The notes: generated by a model not told the origin, from the sequence alone. DNA of 64,000 bases from Vicugna vicugna (GCA_013265495.1 MU058384.1:4637239-4701238); one strand, 5' to 3'; counted from the first letter of the stretch, positions 26,250 to 39,633 are shown. A program made the numbers and translations.

Positions 26250-26795
26250 TTATAAACTATATGTTGATAGTGGTGCAGTGAAACTGCCAGATTCACATAT
26301 TACTAGTTGTACTGTAAAAGTTTATAATCGTTTTCTAAAGCAATTTGGCTATATATGTGACAAGAACCGTAAAAAAGTTACACCCTTTGATTTAATAATT
26401 ATGCTTCCTTGTAATATAATCCAAAATGGGTAAAAATGATTATGTTTATATACATAAAAATCAATACACATTTATGATCATGATTTTTAATAGAAAAATG
26501 GAAGGCTATCAAACCAATGAGCAATGTTTAAGCAAGTTATGGGACAAATACTTAGACTGTTGCTATGTCTACCAATATAAATAAAGTTGTAAAATATAGT
26601 AAATGCAGAAATGCATTTGGTAGACTACTAAATACAGATTAATACAACTGTAACTATATAAAAATCTGCCAAAGACAGGAGCTTGTAAGGATAGATAACA
26701 AAATTTACAGGATGATGTGTTAAGGTAGTAACACTGTGCTCTTCCTTATATTGGAATAGCTTGTAAAATTTTTGCATTATTTTTTATAATAAAAG
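26250..26795 (+). mobile_element. Old L1ME-like 3' fragment
   Basis: ttcacatattactagttgtactgtaaa...aagcaatttggctata...caccctttgatttaataatt. Confidence 0.55.
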
Positions 26796-26808
26796 TATCT
26801 GACATTTT

Positions 26809-27205
26809 CATTCTAAGTGAAGTAAGCCAGAAAGAGAAAGAAAATTACCATAAGAGATCACTCATATGTGGAATCTAAAAAACAAAAACAAAAACAAACA
26901 AACAAAAACAAAGCGTAAATACAGGACAGAAATAGACTCATAGACAGAGAATACAGACTTGTGATTGCCAGGGGGGTGGAAGGTGGGAAGGGACAGACTG
27001 GGATTTCAAAACTGTAGAATAGATAAACAAGATTATACTGTATAACACATGAAAATATACACAAAATGTTATGATAACTCACAGAGAAAAAAATGTGACA
27101 ATGAGTGTGTATACGTCCATGAATGAATGAAAAATTGTGCTGAACACTGGTATTTGACACAACATTGTAAAATGATTATAAATCAATAAAAAATGTTTAA
27201 AAAAA
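26809..27205 (+). mobile_element. 5'-truncated young L1 3' end (different 3'UTR subfamily from 17981-18700)
   Basis: cattctaagtgaagtaagccag...caataaaaaatgtttaaaaaaa; perfect 12-bp TSD atctgacatttt at 26797-26808 and 27206-27217. Confidence 0.9.
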
Positions 27206-28769
27206 ATCTGACATTTTTAAATGGTTAGCATCCTATGGCCATATAAAATCATTATTAGAACAGTTTAAAATGAATATGAATGCATATTCTCTAATATAGA
27301 GAATTTCAGTTTTAGTTTCTTTTTAATGCACATGGATTCTTTTTCTCATTAGGAATTCATCTAAGATGATTTCAAACAATCTAAAAACCTAATGCATTTA
27401 CTCCATTTAGTCTGCTAAATCAGCTATTTTATAGTCTATTGACCAAATGGATGTCTCAAATGTGTGCAAATACAATGGGTTTTCAAGCTCAATTTCTTAA
27501 TCATATATCCTGACCAAGGCTTGAAGTTTATTTTACCTCAAATACTAATGAAATGGTTCTGACTGTATAATTTTCGACAAGAGCAAATGAAATCCTCACA
27601 AATTATACGACTGTGGTGCTTTTATTGTTATATACATGTGAGAAAAAGTACCAACTAAGAGTAGAAAATATGAAAAATAAAAGGAGCAGAGGTGAGAGAT
27701 TTTGTTTCACTGATTATGTTCTGGACAAAGAAATGTGAAAGACGCAAACTGGTTGAGAAATGCTTTTGTTCATTTAAAAATAATTTTTAAAGTATCAGAT
27801 CAGAACAAATGTATACAACATCTCATTCTTGTTTGCAGATAATGCTAATGAAAGATGTACCCAGACACAACACAGAGGCCACAGAGATAAAGACGAATAA
27901 AAGTTATGTGGAGTGGTAATTTAGGGAGAAGGAGAAAGAGTTGCAAAAGCAGGGGAACATATAAACTACCTTTTATCATCCACTCCTTCCCCATCTCCTG
28001 CCTGAGCTAAAGAATAAGGAAAGTTCTCTACAGACTGTTAGTGAATTTCAGAGCTCTCCAGTCTCTTCTTTTGTAAATGAATTGTCACTCTCAAGGATAA
28101 AAGAAAAAAATAAAGAAGAACAAGAAAATGTTTGTGTTCAAATGTTTGTTTTCAAAGCACATTCCAGGTGGCGTTTCAGCAAGTTCCCATCTGTTTCCTC
28201 TTTGCCAGTGAAAAGTCAGCTGAAACCAGTTTGACCTTTCCAAACTTCCGGATGTCCTATATGCCATTTGCACAATCATTGGATAACCAGACTACCACCA
28301 AAAAGGACATGTACTTTCCCTCCTCAGTGTCTTCTGAGCAGTAGTCAATCTGAACTTTGTACTAATTCAATCTGTATTTTTTATGGTTTTATGATACTTA
28401 GTCTCATGGTTTTATCTTAAATTTTTGTTGTTGATTGTTTCTAGCATTTTTCCAAGAGTCAATTTAAATTTGTCACAAGGCTCCCATTATATCAAGTCAA
28501 AACTGATCAACACACAGGATTGGAAGAACTTAGCAGACATCTAGTAAAAGCCTCATCATTTTATAGATAACCAACCTGAAATCCAAAGAACTCAAGCAGC
28601 TGGCTTAGTTTCTATAACTGTAAAACTCCTGTAGCTGCAAGCCACATGTCCTGGCCTGCAATACCGTATTCTTTCATCTTGGCCACCTGTACCCTATTCT
28701 CACTCCACTTTAGTTTCCTTTTTGAACTTAGTGAATCACAGGATTACAGGATCTGAGAGTTAAATTTAT

Positions 28770-29165
28770 CTTCAGATTAATCAGTTTGATCACATAATTT
28801 TTAAAATATCTGTGTAGCAAAGGAAAAAACTCACAGACAAAATCAAAAGGCAAAAATAACTAGAGAAACAATTTGCAACAAGATAAAGGGCTTATCTCCT
28901 TAATAAATAGTTATTTAAGTCAATGAGAAAAAGATCAACAGCCCAAGAGAAAAATAGGCAAAAGATTTAATTGAGCAACTTGTCATCATCCTGGGAATCC
29001 CCTTTGCTGCTCTTCTGTGATAAGTCTCCGGTTTCCTGGGTCCTCTTTTTTGATTGATCTCATTTTCGAGGAGTGAATCCTCCAACATCTTCCTCAGAAA
29101 GGTTCCAAGAGAGGTAAATATTTTGAGATTCTTGAGGTCTGAAAATATTCTATCATACCTTTGAT
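28770..29165. mobile_element. Old L1 fragments (sense piece then short antisense piece)
   Basis: aatttgcaacaagataaagggcttatctcc...gaaaaataggcaaaaga, then agagaggtaaatattttgagattcttgaggtctgaaaat. Confidence 0.55.
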
Positions 29166-29624
29166 TGATATATACAGATCTCTATGCTTGAAAAAGTAAT
29201 ACACATAAATTGAAACAAGTATATTTATTTCATTCTTAGTCACAATTACTCATGAAAGGGATATGTTTGATATTGGGCACTGCACACTTCTCAAACCCTG
29301 GAATCAGAGTGGACACTATCACCCTCATTTCCAGTCCGGCATTGATTTTCACAGAGTACTTGCTTTTAATTGCATCAACCCAGCTTTGTAAAGTTGACAT
29401 TACTGAAAGAAATACAGATCAATCTAAAGTCAGAACTGTGAACTACCTCAGTCAAGTAATTTGCAAGGTATCCAAGAGATATCATTATCATTGCATTTCC
29501 TGGAAATTTTTGAAGTTTATAAGGACACCCTGTGAGTTTGCTGTAGTGCCCTGGGATGAGTCAGTGTATGGTTTGGGAACCTGTGGGCTAACCAATAGGG
29601 AAAAAAATAAATTAGGCCCCTTTT

Positions 29625-29772
29625 AGTATGTATGTATAGAATGTGTACTTTTTTTCTGTATCTGTGTATATATACACTAAATATACACACAATGTGCATA
29701 TATATATACACACACACATATAAATGCACACACACAAATGTATGCCTTTTTTTCTATGTGTGTGTATATACT
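29625..29772. repeat. TA/CA/TG-rich low-complexity tract
   Basis: Direct reading. Confidence 0.8.
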
Positions 29773-29859
29773 GAGACTGAACTACTTGTGGCAATGGTTG
29801 TTAAGGTCAGCCTGTAGACTTCATTGACTATGCTTATGTACAAGGGGCTATGATCCATT

Positions 29860-30990
29860 CAAGTAGAAAGGTTACTCTGAGAGAGGGTGAGGAGTCAGGG
29901 GAACAAACTGATAAATGTTGTTTAAAATAAATGATTCATGTACAGTCTAAATAATACTGTTTTATGGTATAAAAGGGCCCACTAGAAATGTAAGACTATC
30001 CATCCTTTAGAAAAAATAAAGGAAAAGGTAATAAAAGATAATTAGATGGGTTACATAATAAAGTGTGATGTACTGAAAAATTAAGTTTAAAACAAAGTGG
30101 CACAGTAAAATTGAAAATAAGAAAATCAGTAAAAGACCTATCCGGGAAATATAAACCGAGAGAGCACATGATAGCAGTTTCATATAATGTTGAACACAAG
30201 TCAAAAAGCACCAGATTTGGCAAAGAGGGGCACTTTAGAACAATAACTACAATCCACAGTATAGATCTCACAGCCATGAGTATTCATGTACCAAATAATA
30301 TAAAGTATCCTTAAAACAAAAGCAAAAAATACAAAAAGAAACAAATATAAACACAAATAGATATGAGTGACTAATCCATCTCCCTCAGTGATAACAAATT
30401 AAGTGGAAGAAAAAACAGTGATGAACCAAATGACCTAACCGGTAAGATAGACATGTAATTTAATCAAACTCATTGCATTTCTCAAGTGCCCATAAAGCAT
30501 GTTTGAAATCAACTATTAGGCCACAAAAAACTAATACGTTCCTGAAAGTAAAAACAATATATAGATAATGTTTTCTACAACAAACATGGCAATTAATCAC
30601 AAAATAAGAAATATTAAATAACCTGCTACATGTTAAATTAAAAATTATTTTTCTAATATAATTTTTTATCAAGGAAAAAACTCTAAATTGAAATCAAGCA
30701 TCTAAGGAATAGCAATAGCTCAAATATCTCATATCAGAGACAACAGGACACAGCTTGAGCAGAGAGAAATTTATGTACTCAAAAACATACATCTAAATTA
30801 GTAAGACTGAAATACATTTACAAGGCATTCAAATAAGAAAGCTGGGAAAAACACAAAGTAAGCAAAAGGAAACAATAAGGATAAAACCAGAAAATAATGA
30901 AATGGGAAATAGAAGTGAAGAAGAGGTCAGTCTTTGGAAGAAAAGTCAATATCATAAATTATTAGCTAAGCTAATAAACCTTGAGAGAAG
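29860..30990 (+). mobile_element. Highly degraded L1 ORF2 5' (endonuclease) fragment
   Basis: Plus ORF 30111-30314 (…KEGHFRTITTIHSIDLTAMSIHVPNN) resembles the L1 endonuclease GHY…I…N+Y+PNN segment. Confidence 0.6.
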
Positions 30991-31137
30991 GAGCAAATAC
31001 ATAAACAACAAATAAAATGGGTGGCAGGGTTTAGCATAGAGTCTTGCACACTTGCACATAAAAGTGCTCAGTAAGTGTTTGTGGAATGATGAAAGGAATT
31101 AACTAATTAAACTATCTCAGATAAAAATTGTTTTATT

Positions 31138-31560
31138 ACCATATTTCACTCAGTTCTAAGATGCACATTTTAACATCTTTGAGGTTGAGACTTTACTTGC
31201 TATTAATGGTATCTCACAATTGCTATGGGTGAATTTGGTTGTTATTTCTGGTCGCATGACTGGATAACTACAACACATCCACATTTCCCTCAACAATAAT
31301 CATTTCAGAACATTTCAGAAGAAATACAAGTTCTATTCATTGGCTAAGCATCTTCTATTGTCACCTTCCAGTAAGATACAGTACCATCATCAAAATGTAC
31401 AGAATGGGTATTGGATACAACTTGGAAGAAACTCCGTGAGGCAATAGTAGAGTTTTGTTTTAGGAAGTCCTGCACCTTCATGTTGGCACAGAAAACAGTG
31501 TTGTGTGGGAAAGCCTGACATTAATAACTTTGCCTCAAAAAGTGAATAGGAAAAAGGCAG
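31138..31560 (+). mobile_element. Kanga-like (Tc2/pogo group) DNA transposon relic
   Basis: TIR-like accatatttcactcagttctaagatgcacattttaacatc; tggaagaaactccgtgaggcaatagtagag…aggaagtcctgc resembles the WKKIPE-IV--SFKKCCI transposase tail. Confidence 0.6.
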
Positions 31561-32479
31561 ATGTTGAATGTGGAGTTTCAATAATTGTCTCCAGAACCCC
31601 AATCCATTCTCTCTCTAGTTTGTCTGGTCCCTGTTGTAAAGTTTCTGATATAATAATGTAATAGGTCTCCTAGGACAAGAACTCAAACTGGCTCTCCCAT
31701 TTCTTTGTCCCATTCTACAGCCCTGCCCAAGACTCAGCCCTGGGCTTGGAACCCTGTATCCTTTTCCTGGACCCCAGAAACTGACTGCCAGGATTCCCAA
31801 GCCTCACCAGACCTTGTGTCTCCATAGCTGAATTCCACTCTGCTGGTGGAATAGCCTAATACAACTTGGATGTCAATATATCAAACTGTTTTCCAGAATT
31901 ATGACTGGAAATGACAATATCCTTGGAATACCAGTCCTAGTCAAACCTCCATGATCTGGACTCCTCCAAATTACGCAAGACTCAATTCACTAGAAATCCT
32001 TTGGCAAGACATGATTCTTGGCTTCAACAAAACAAAACAGTAGAGAAGAGCTCACACTTGGCATGAGACCCACACAACAGGGGGCTGAGAGGAAGGTCCA
32101 GAAAAAAATGTATTAAAACTATTCAAGTTTTCTAGGCCTATACACTGATACTTAGGGTTCACGTTTTTGAGAATTTTAAATAGTAGCCAAATATTATGGT
32201 TTTAGTATACATTTTTCTTAATTTTGAGAAGTTGAAACTAAAATAGAGGGCTATAAGAGCCTCTATGTAATTTTAATGGCAAACATTCACAGAAAGACAT
32301 GAATAAAATTGAACAGTTTGGTAGCAATGTGGTCAGCATTTAACCACAAAGAGTGAGCCCTATGGCAAGACAAATAAGTGTATATTAATACAGCATATTA
32401 ATTGTTTGATTAATACAGGAATCATTAAAAACGGTATCAGTATAACCTATTTACCTTTATCCATGTAGGGATTGCTAAC

Positions 32480-33065
32480 ACAATTTCTACATTTTTAACA
32501 GGAAAAAATTTGGTACAATATTTTTGCATAATATTTAGAAACATCTATTAGTAATCTAAATGGCCACACCCTTTGGCTCAATAATTCTACCTCTAGAAAT
32601 CTATCCAGCAGAAAATACTTCCATAAGTGTACAAAAATGTAATGACATTCACTGTAGCATTTCTTATAAAACTAAAAATTTGGAAATAATCCAAATGGTC
32701 CTCAATAAGGACCTCAATAAGGAATTGGTTAAACACGTATAGTACACTCATTCAGTGGAATACTAGACAGTCAATATAAAAGAATTAGTAGCTCTTTATG
32801 TACTGATATAAAAAGATGTACAAAATGCACTTCAAAGTAAAAAAAAAAAGGAGGGCTAATTGTAGAAGAGTATGTACAGTATGATTCCCATTTAAATTAA
32901 AAATACAATTTAAAAAACATATTCCTATATAGATATTTCAATAAAGATATACCTATTACTGCTAAAATTGTTGGACCAAGATAATAACATTTTTGCTTTC
33001 TGTGTTTTTTAATGTAGTTTTTACAACATATTATCACTATAATAAAAAAAGATACATAAATATTT
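32480..33065 (+). mobile_element. L1ME-like 3' fragment
   Basis: ccctttggctcaataattctacctctagaaatctatcc...aattggttaaa...agtatgattcccattt. Confidence 0.7.
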
Positions 33066-33195
33066 TAAGACTCTGTTCCATTTGCCTTCACTGCAGCATT
33101 TTCTTATAACTGAGGTTCTTGAAAAAGAAGAAACATGTGTGATGCTGCCAGTACAAGAACAATTCAGAAAACGTCACTCCTGTATTCAAACTCCC

Positions 33196-33383
33196 TGTTA
33201 CGGGTTTAACAGTGTCTTCCAAAAATTCACATATTGAAGTCCTAACTCCAAGTACCTCAGAATGTTCACTTATTTGGAAATAGAGTCACTGCAGGTGTAA
33301 TTAAGTTAGTTAGTTAATAATTAGGTCATTAGGGTGGGTCACTAATCCAATATGATTGGTGTCCTTATGAAAAAGGGAAGACT

Positions 33384-33427
<44 letters not shown>

Positions 33428-33555
33428 ATGCCATGTGAAGATGAAGGAAGAGATCAGGGTGATGCTTCTACAAGCCAAGGAATGCCAAAGATTGCCAACA
33501 GACCACCAGGAGCTAGGTGGGAAGCTTGGAACAGCTTCTCTTCCACAGCCCTCAA
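33196..33555 (+). mobile_element. MLT1B/C-like MaLR LTR, 3'-truncated
   Basis: tgttacgggtttaa...tacctcagaatg...caagccaaggaatgccaaagattgcca...caccaggagctagg. Confidence 0.8.
33387..33425. repeat. Perfect (AC)19 microsatellite inside MLT1
   Basis: Direct reading. Confidence 0.95.
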
Positions 33556-33735
33556 AAGAAATTCTGCCTCCAGATGTAAAAGTTCTGTGCCAGTTTCCAG
33601 ACTTTGGACTCAAACCACAGCATTCATTCTTAACTGAATTTCCAACTTGCCAATCTGTCCTACAGATTTGGGATTTTCCAGCCCCCAAAATCATATGATC
33701 CAATTCCTTAAAAATCTCTCTCTGTATACAGCCCT
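33556..33735 (+). mobile_element. MLT2-like LTR 3' part
   Basis: aaattctgcctccaga...ctacagatttgggattttccagcccccaaaatcatatgatccaattccttaaaa. Confidence 0.65.
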
Positions 33736-34079
33736 TTCCTTCACCCTGCCCCACTTCTAGTGAGTGGATTCCATAATCGCAGTTGAAAACCTTTCTCTGC
33801 TGGCCTGGGACACTCTTTCCCCTGGCAATCGTTGGTTTCTAAATAATCTAGCCAAGTAGAACTATCCCTTGCTTTCCCACATCCATATTTTTGTTTACAC
33901 ATTATTTCCACTCAGTACAAAAATAAATTATAGTATGTGAAATTAGCATGATAAATTGTGAAACATAATCGTGGTCTTGTTTTTGTGCTTTTAACAACCA
34001 TAATATCAATACCATGGAATTTTATTTTTTACTTAAAAAGTTGGTAACAACACACTCAGTTAACACACAGTCTCCTTTT

Positions 34080-34381
34080 GAAAAGGGAACCCTCCTACAC
34101 TGTTGGTGGGAAAATAAATTGGTCCAGCCACTATGGAAAACAGTCTGGAGGTTCCTCAAAAAACTAAATCTAGAGTTGCCATATGATCCAGCAATCCCAC
34201 TCCTGGGCATATATCCAGAGAAAACTCTAATTCAAAAAGAGACATACACCCCAGTGTTCATAGCAACACTATTTGCAAGTAAGACGTGGAAGTAACCTAA
34301 ATGCCCATTGACAGATGAATGGATAAAGAAGATGTGGGTGTGTGTGTGTGTGTGTGTATACCTATATACATATATATATAC

Positions 34382-34413
<32 letters not shown>

Positions 34414-34920
34414 GTAAACAGTGATGTATGTGTGTGTGTGTGTGTGTGTATATAGTGGACTATCACCAAGTCATAAAGAGTGAAATAATGCCATTTGCAG
34501 CAACATGGATGGACTTAGAGATTATCATACTAAGTGAAGTAAGTCAGACAGAGAAAGATGGATATCACATGATATCATTTATATGTAGAATCTAAAATAT
34601 GATACAAATGAACTTATTTACAAGATGGAAATAGACTCACAGATATACAAAACAAACTTACGGTTGCCAAAGGGGAAGGTTGGGGTAGGGGAGGGATAAA
34701 TTAGGAGTTTGGGTTTAGCAGAATCAAACTACTAAATATAAAACAGAAAAACAACAAGGACCTACTGTATAGCACAGGCAACTATATTCAATACCCTGCA
34801 ATAAACCATAATGAAAGAGAATATGAAAAAGAATATATATATGTATAATTGAATCACTCTGCTGTATAACAGAAACTAACACAACACTATAAATCAACTA
34901 TACTTCAATTTTAGAAAAAG
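34080..34920 (+). mobile_element. 5'-truncated young L1 (ORF2 C-terminus and 3'UTR) containing a compound (TG)/(TA) microsatellite at ~34338-34452
   Basis: [29 protein letters not shown]...[13 protein letters not shown] is the L1 ORF2p C-terminus; 13-bp TSD acagtctcctttt / acagtcttctttt. Confidence 0.95.
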
Positions 34921-35095
34921 ACAGTCTTCTTTTAAAATTTGCTTCAAACATAAAGGAATTATCCAGCTCTCCAGGTTCTCCCCTTTTCTTTCTTCCCTTT
35001 TCAATAAATATCCACATTCCTCTCTGAATCTGTAAAAACCCTGCCATCCCACTAACTTGCTCAGATCTTACCTCCTTTCCTGATTACCTCAAAAG

Positions 35096-35331
35096 CAGTG
35101 TCTCTCAACCTTCACATTATTGTTGACGTTTGAGTCTAGAGAATTCTCTGATGGGCGTGGGGCGCTCCTCTGCATTGTAGGATGTTTAGCAACATCTCTG
35201 GCCTCTTTCCACTAGATTTCAGTAGCTCCCCTTCCCCATTTCTCCACCCTGCCAGTAGTAACAGCCAAAAATGTCTCCAGAAATTGTCCAAAACCCTTAT
35301 GTGCAAAATCATCTCTGGTTGAGAACAACTG
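35096..35331. mobile_element. MER20 hAT-Charlie element
   Basis: cagtgtctctcaacc...tgcattgtaggatgtttagcaacatctctggcctct...ccaaaaatgtctccaga...ggttgagaacaactg. Confidence 0.9.
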
Positions 35332-37249
35332 ACCCATAACACACACACCTTCCCTCCGGCCAGAATAACATCAAGGGCCTCCTTCTGCGTTGCCAGTGGA
35401 AAGCTTTTATCATAGCTCACTTCCTTTTCTCATCTCGCTTTATCCCCAGGTGAAGGATGAGAGAAACAATATCAGAAAAATGAAAGAGATTTAGAAATAG
35501 AATAGATTAATCACATTGTTCTTTGGTTGAAAGAGAATTATTCAGCACAGCTGTTATGTTAATATTTCCACAAAACCTGCTGTGTATTAGAGGAGGGAAA
35601 CAATTATACAAGATAAATGTGTTTTTGTTCTGTTATTTCATTGGTTCTATGTTAAAGAAAATGAACATCTCTCTCAAGAGCTTCCTAATGAAACCCAGTG
35701 ATTCACCCTTTCTCAATTAAGAACAGACATCATAGTCAAATGAAGAAAAAGCGGTTCTTCAAGATGAACAACAGTACGTTGCAACGAAGCAAAATCTAAT
35801 GACATGAAATACAAATAACTGTTCTAACACTTGCATGCTGTCGGCTGCTGGTGTGCAGCCAAAATGGAACTGCCGTACTTGGAATGACTGAGAAGTGAAG
35901 TCAGCTCTGGATTTTCTACACTAACAGAGACAAATGTATCTGACCTAGAAGGTCATCAGTCTTCATCCATAAACTCGGGTGTGTGAGAAATTTGTTTATT
36001 TGACTCAACCTAATTTCTGTGTCAAACTCTGATGCTGCAGCAGGAGTAGGAGGTGGTGAAAATTCTATTCAATAAATTCAGGACTCTCCTCTCTTACAAC
36101 TCCACCTAGGAATTTTGCCACTTCCCTGGGTTTCTGCCAAGGATGGGCCCACAAGCCTGCCTGCACCATGGAGGGAGAGAAGGAGGAGTACAGACAGGAG
36201 TGTGAGGGCTACAGTCTGTCTCCCCTCTCTGCACCCTCACACCAGACACCCTTGCCACCCTCCCCAGGATCCACCCAGGCCTGTGCATGGCTGTGCAGCC
36301 CACACATCCCATGGTGGAGTCCAGGGCAGGTGCAGGAAGCTTCTTGGGTCCAGTCACAGAATCCAAGAGAGATGCCCCAGCCAGGCTTCAGGGGTTCAGA
36401 AGCCCTCTGTCTGAAGCCCACCTGCTTGTACCGCTATCACAACCTCTCTGTCTGTGTTTTCCATTCCTTTCCTACATACACTCTGGAGAATCTTTTCCTC
36501 TTGACAAGGAAAAAGCAACACTTACCCATGATATTTTATTTAATTTGTTTACACCCAGAGACCCACTATCACCTTAAAGTTGTGATCTTTTTGCCAGCAG
36601 TTTCCTGGATTTGTGGGGGATTTTGGCTTCTTTGTTTTGTTTTCTACCATGTCACAACTTTTCTCTAAGATACTGAGCAGAAAGCAAGTCTGCAGTTTAA
36701 ATGGAAGGGTGTGGGATTAATAAAAAACAGATTTATATTTCTAAAAATATTATAATCAAAATATTACATGAATTTGTATTCTTATTTGATTATGAGTCTG
36801 TGTTGGATATTTCGAACACTCAATTCAAACAGAATAAGGGAACATATTATGGAGGTTTTCCCTCCTGAATACATTTCATTTAAATTTAAAAATACAGTAG
36901 TGTTGCTACTGTGTACATAGAAATTGCAGAGTATATAAGAGAGAAATCATATATGGGTAATTTCAATACGAGGATATAAAAATCCTGTCCGGATAGTCCC
37001 CTGGTGTTTAACCTAGGGAAGACAGAGATGTGCTGTAAAGTCAAAGTCTTAGACACTAATTGCATCTCTCCAGCTTCAAGGATTTCTCCCAGAAAAGGAC
37101 AAATTCAGATCACAGAGGGTGCTATTAAGACAGCTTCCCCATCTTCTGCCAGGTGTCTGCTGTTTTCACCATACGGCAAAGATCTTGAGGACTAATTAAT
37201 CCTGTTCCTCCACACCTAGAGTAGGATTTCTTCCAAATGACTTTAGCAC

Positions 37250-37960
37250 TTAAGTTTCTTTGGATACAAGCAACAAAAACCAATTCTAGCTAACTTAAGA
37301 TTAAAAAGAAGGTACTGACTCACATAGCTGAAAATTCCACAGTGGGAATGGTTTCAGACCAACTTGATTAGAACCTGATGGCTCTTGACATCCTCAGGTT
37401 CTCAGCTGAGGCAGCAGAGATGCTAGCTGGCTTCCTCAATAGCTCATACAAAGGTCTAGGTGGTTAATCCTAGGTCTTGTGCTAAACTGCGCACTGCAAT
37501 CGTGGGAATACAATCGCCCACTGATAGTCTGGGATAGGGGTTAGCAAATTCTTCCTGTAAAGATCCAGAAAGTAAATGTTTTTGATGTAGGTAAAATGGT
37601 CATATGGTCTGTATCACAACTATGCAGCCTTGTAATTCAGAAGCAGCCATACATCAGTGAATGAGCAGGCTACCAGAGAACTTTATTTACGGACACTGAA
37701 ATTAGAATTTTGTATAATTCTTACATATCGGGAGATACTATTCTTCTTTTGATTTTTTTGCAACCATTTCGTGATGTAAAAACCATTCTTAGGTTACAGG
37801 CTTTCATAAAACAGGCAGCATGTAGGACTTGGCCCACAGGCAGCAGTTTGCCAACCTCTGCTCTGGGGAACCCACTTCACTTGACGTATGCAGGCTGAAA
37901 ATGAAGAGGTGGGTCCCTCTAAGCAAATTAGGGTAATGAGTGCTGAGCAATGAACACAAT
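37250..37960 (-). mobile_element. Old MLT1 (J/K/L-like) LTR fragment split by MER58
   Basis: caagcaacaaaaaccaattctagctaactta...gactcacatagctgaaaattcca. Confidence 0.5.
37535..37860. mobile_element. MER58B-like hAT-Charlie element
   Basis: TIRs taggggttagcaaa / tttgccaacctctg; 8-bp TSD gtctggga / ctctgggg. Confidence 0.85.
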
Positions 37961-38314
37961 GTATCTTCACCCCAGCACCATGATGCTTCACAATTTTAGG
38001 CAAGGAAGGCTTGAGAAGTTGTTGCCTATTGAGAAGTTATTGCCCAGTGAACTCATACAATTCATCCTGAAGCTGGAAGCATGACAAACGGCCCACCTCC
38101 AGCTCCTCAGTGCTGTTCCTAAACCTCTACCACTCACCACTAGAGTTTTCCAGGAAGCAGAGCCCACCTAACCGTCTATTTTCTATGCCGTCAGCAAAAC
38201 AAGCAAGTCACCAACGAGGATAGCTCTGTATGTTCTGGATGTGGACCACGTAGTCAGTGCTCAGTTGCCAGTGTTACCAAGAAATCATATTGCTTGGAGC
38301 TAATCTGTGTATCT

Positions 38315-38925
38315 TTTCACTTATTTAACAAAGAGCTAGTTATTAATCCCCACCCATTGTTCTCAGCTCGACGGATGCAGCAGAGAACAAAAGAGGAAAT
38401 ATCCTGCTTTCCTGGAGCTTATTAATTAGTTAAAAGTAAATGAGGAAAACAGAAAAATAAAGCAGAGAAAGGAGTTAGAGAATGTTGTTTTAAAAATGTG
38501 GACAAAGAAAGCCTTACTGCAAAGATAACATTCAAGAAAAGATGTGAAGGAGAAGATTTCCCAAACATCTGGGGGGAAAGTATTTTAAATAATAAGACTA
38601 GCAAGTGCAAAGGCCCTGGAGCAGGAATAGGACTGGCATTTAAAAGGCAAGGATGGTAGAAGCAGAGTGAGTGAGGGGATGAATAAAAGGAGATGAAGTC
38701 ACAGAAGTAGTGGAGAAGGAGGCACAAATCACAAAGAGGCTTGGAGGATGTGGTACCAACTTTAATTTTTACTCTGAGTAGAGGTGGCATAAAAAGATTT
38801 TGAGTAGAGAAGGCATGATTTGACTCACTCTCTTAAGTGATCATTTTGACTACTGTGTTAAGAGTAGAGTTGTGGTGGGAAGGGCTGGAAGCAGGGAGAC
38901 AAGTTGGGAGACTTATAATAGCCTC
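38315..38925 (-). mobile_element. L2 fragment, antisense
   Basis: agcaagtgcaaaggccctggagcaggaa...gatcattttgactactgtg...ggaagcagggagac. Confidence 0.8.
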
Positions 38926-39599
38926 AATGCCTCAGCCCCCGCCCCCCCCAAGCAAAGAGTATTCCACGAGTTGAACTAGAAATCTGTCTTCAAAATAATA
39001 AACTTCCATGGGCAGCCTATAATAGAAGAAGGCATCACATAGCTTTGAAGAACAGGTGTAAATAGTTAGCCCAGATAGCCACTTACCCCAAGCTGGATCC
39101 CACGTGAGCAGACATTATCAGAGGAGCCCCACCTGACACCCCCAGCACTGTACACAACTTGTTGAGAGAACAGGCTATCTGTAACCTGCTGCCTACTATT
39201 ATCCTCAGTCTCTGAAAACACACTACTCTTTTCATTCTAGATGATGTCCACCCCATACTTTGGCTCAAATCCCTATAGCCAGCATTGTGTGCATTCACTC
39301 AAGCTCCTCACTGAGCTGCCTTTCTCACTGCTTTAACTGAGATAGGTTAACCAACAGGAATCATATTTGTGGCAAGAGGTAGCAGAGATGCCACCAGTGT
39401 ACTTTCATTATGCACGAGTGTCTACTTCCTTATCCAGCATGCATATGTCCTCTTTGAGCTCAAAGGCTCTGCAGAAATACGCAGACATCAATTTTAGGCT
39501 ATTTTCTGGCCTTGCAAGAGCCGCTTACTTCTTGTGAAAAAGAAGAAATAGCACCACAACCTCTACCATTTCCAAACCGCGATACAACAGCCAGTTCAG

Positions 39600-39633
39600 C
39601 AGCGCCACCTTGGGGGCTGCCACGGGAAATGCA
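39600..39633 (-). promoter_or_regulatory. CTCF binding site, core plus upstream (ZF9-11) module
   Basis: Minus strand TGCATTTCC-cgtggc-AGCCCCCAAGGTGGCGCTG matches the CTCF core with the TGCA-type upstream motif at 6-bp spacing. Confidence 0.7.

Noticed and set aside
34014..34295. 93-aa ORF with strong protein-like sequence
   Set aside because: It is the C-terminal remnant of L1 ORF2p in a 5'-truncated insertion
35835..35920. Minus-strand exon candidate (VENPELTSLLSHSKYGSSILAAHQQPTA)
   Set aside because: Needs a weak GC donor (AT|GCAAGT) and an ambiguous acceptor; peptide not recognised
36106..36668. Five overlapping ORFs of 70-166 aa
   Set aside because: Explained by local GC richness (few stop codons); no recognisable homology
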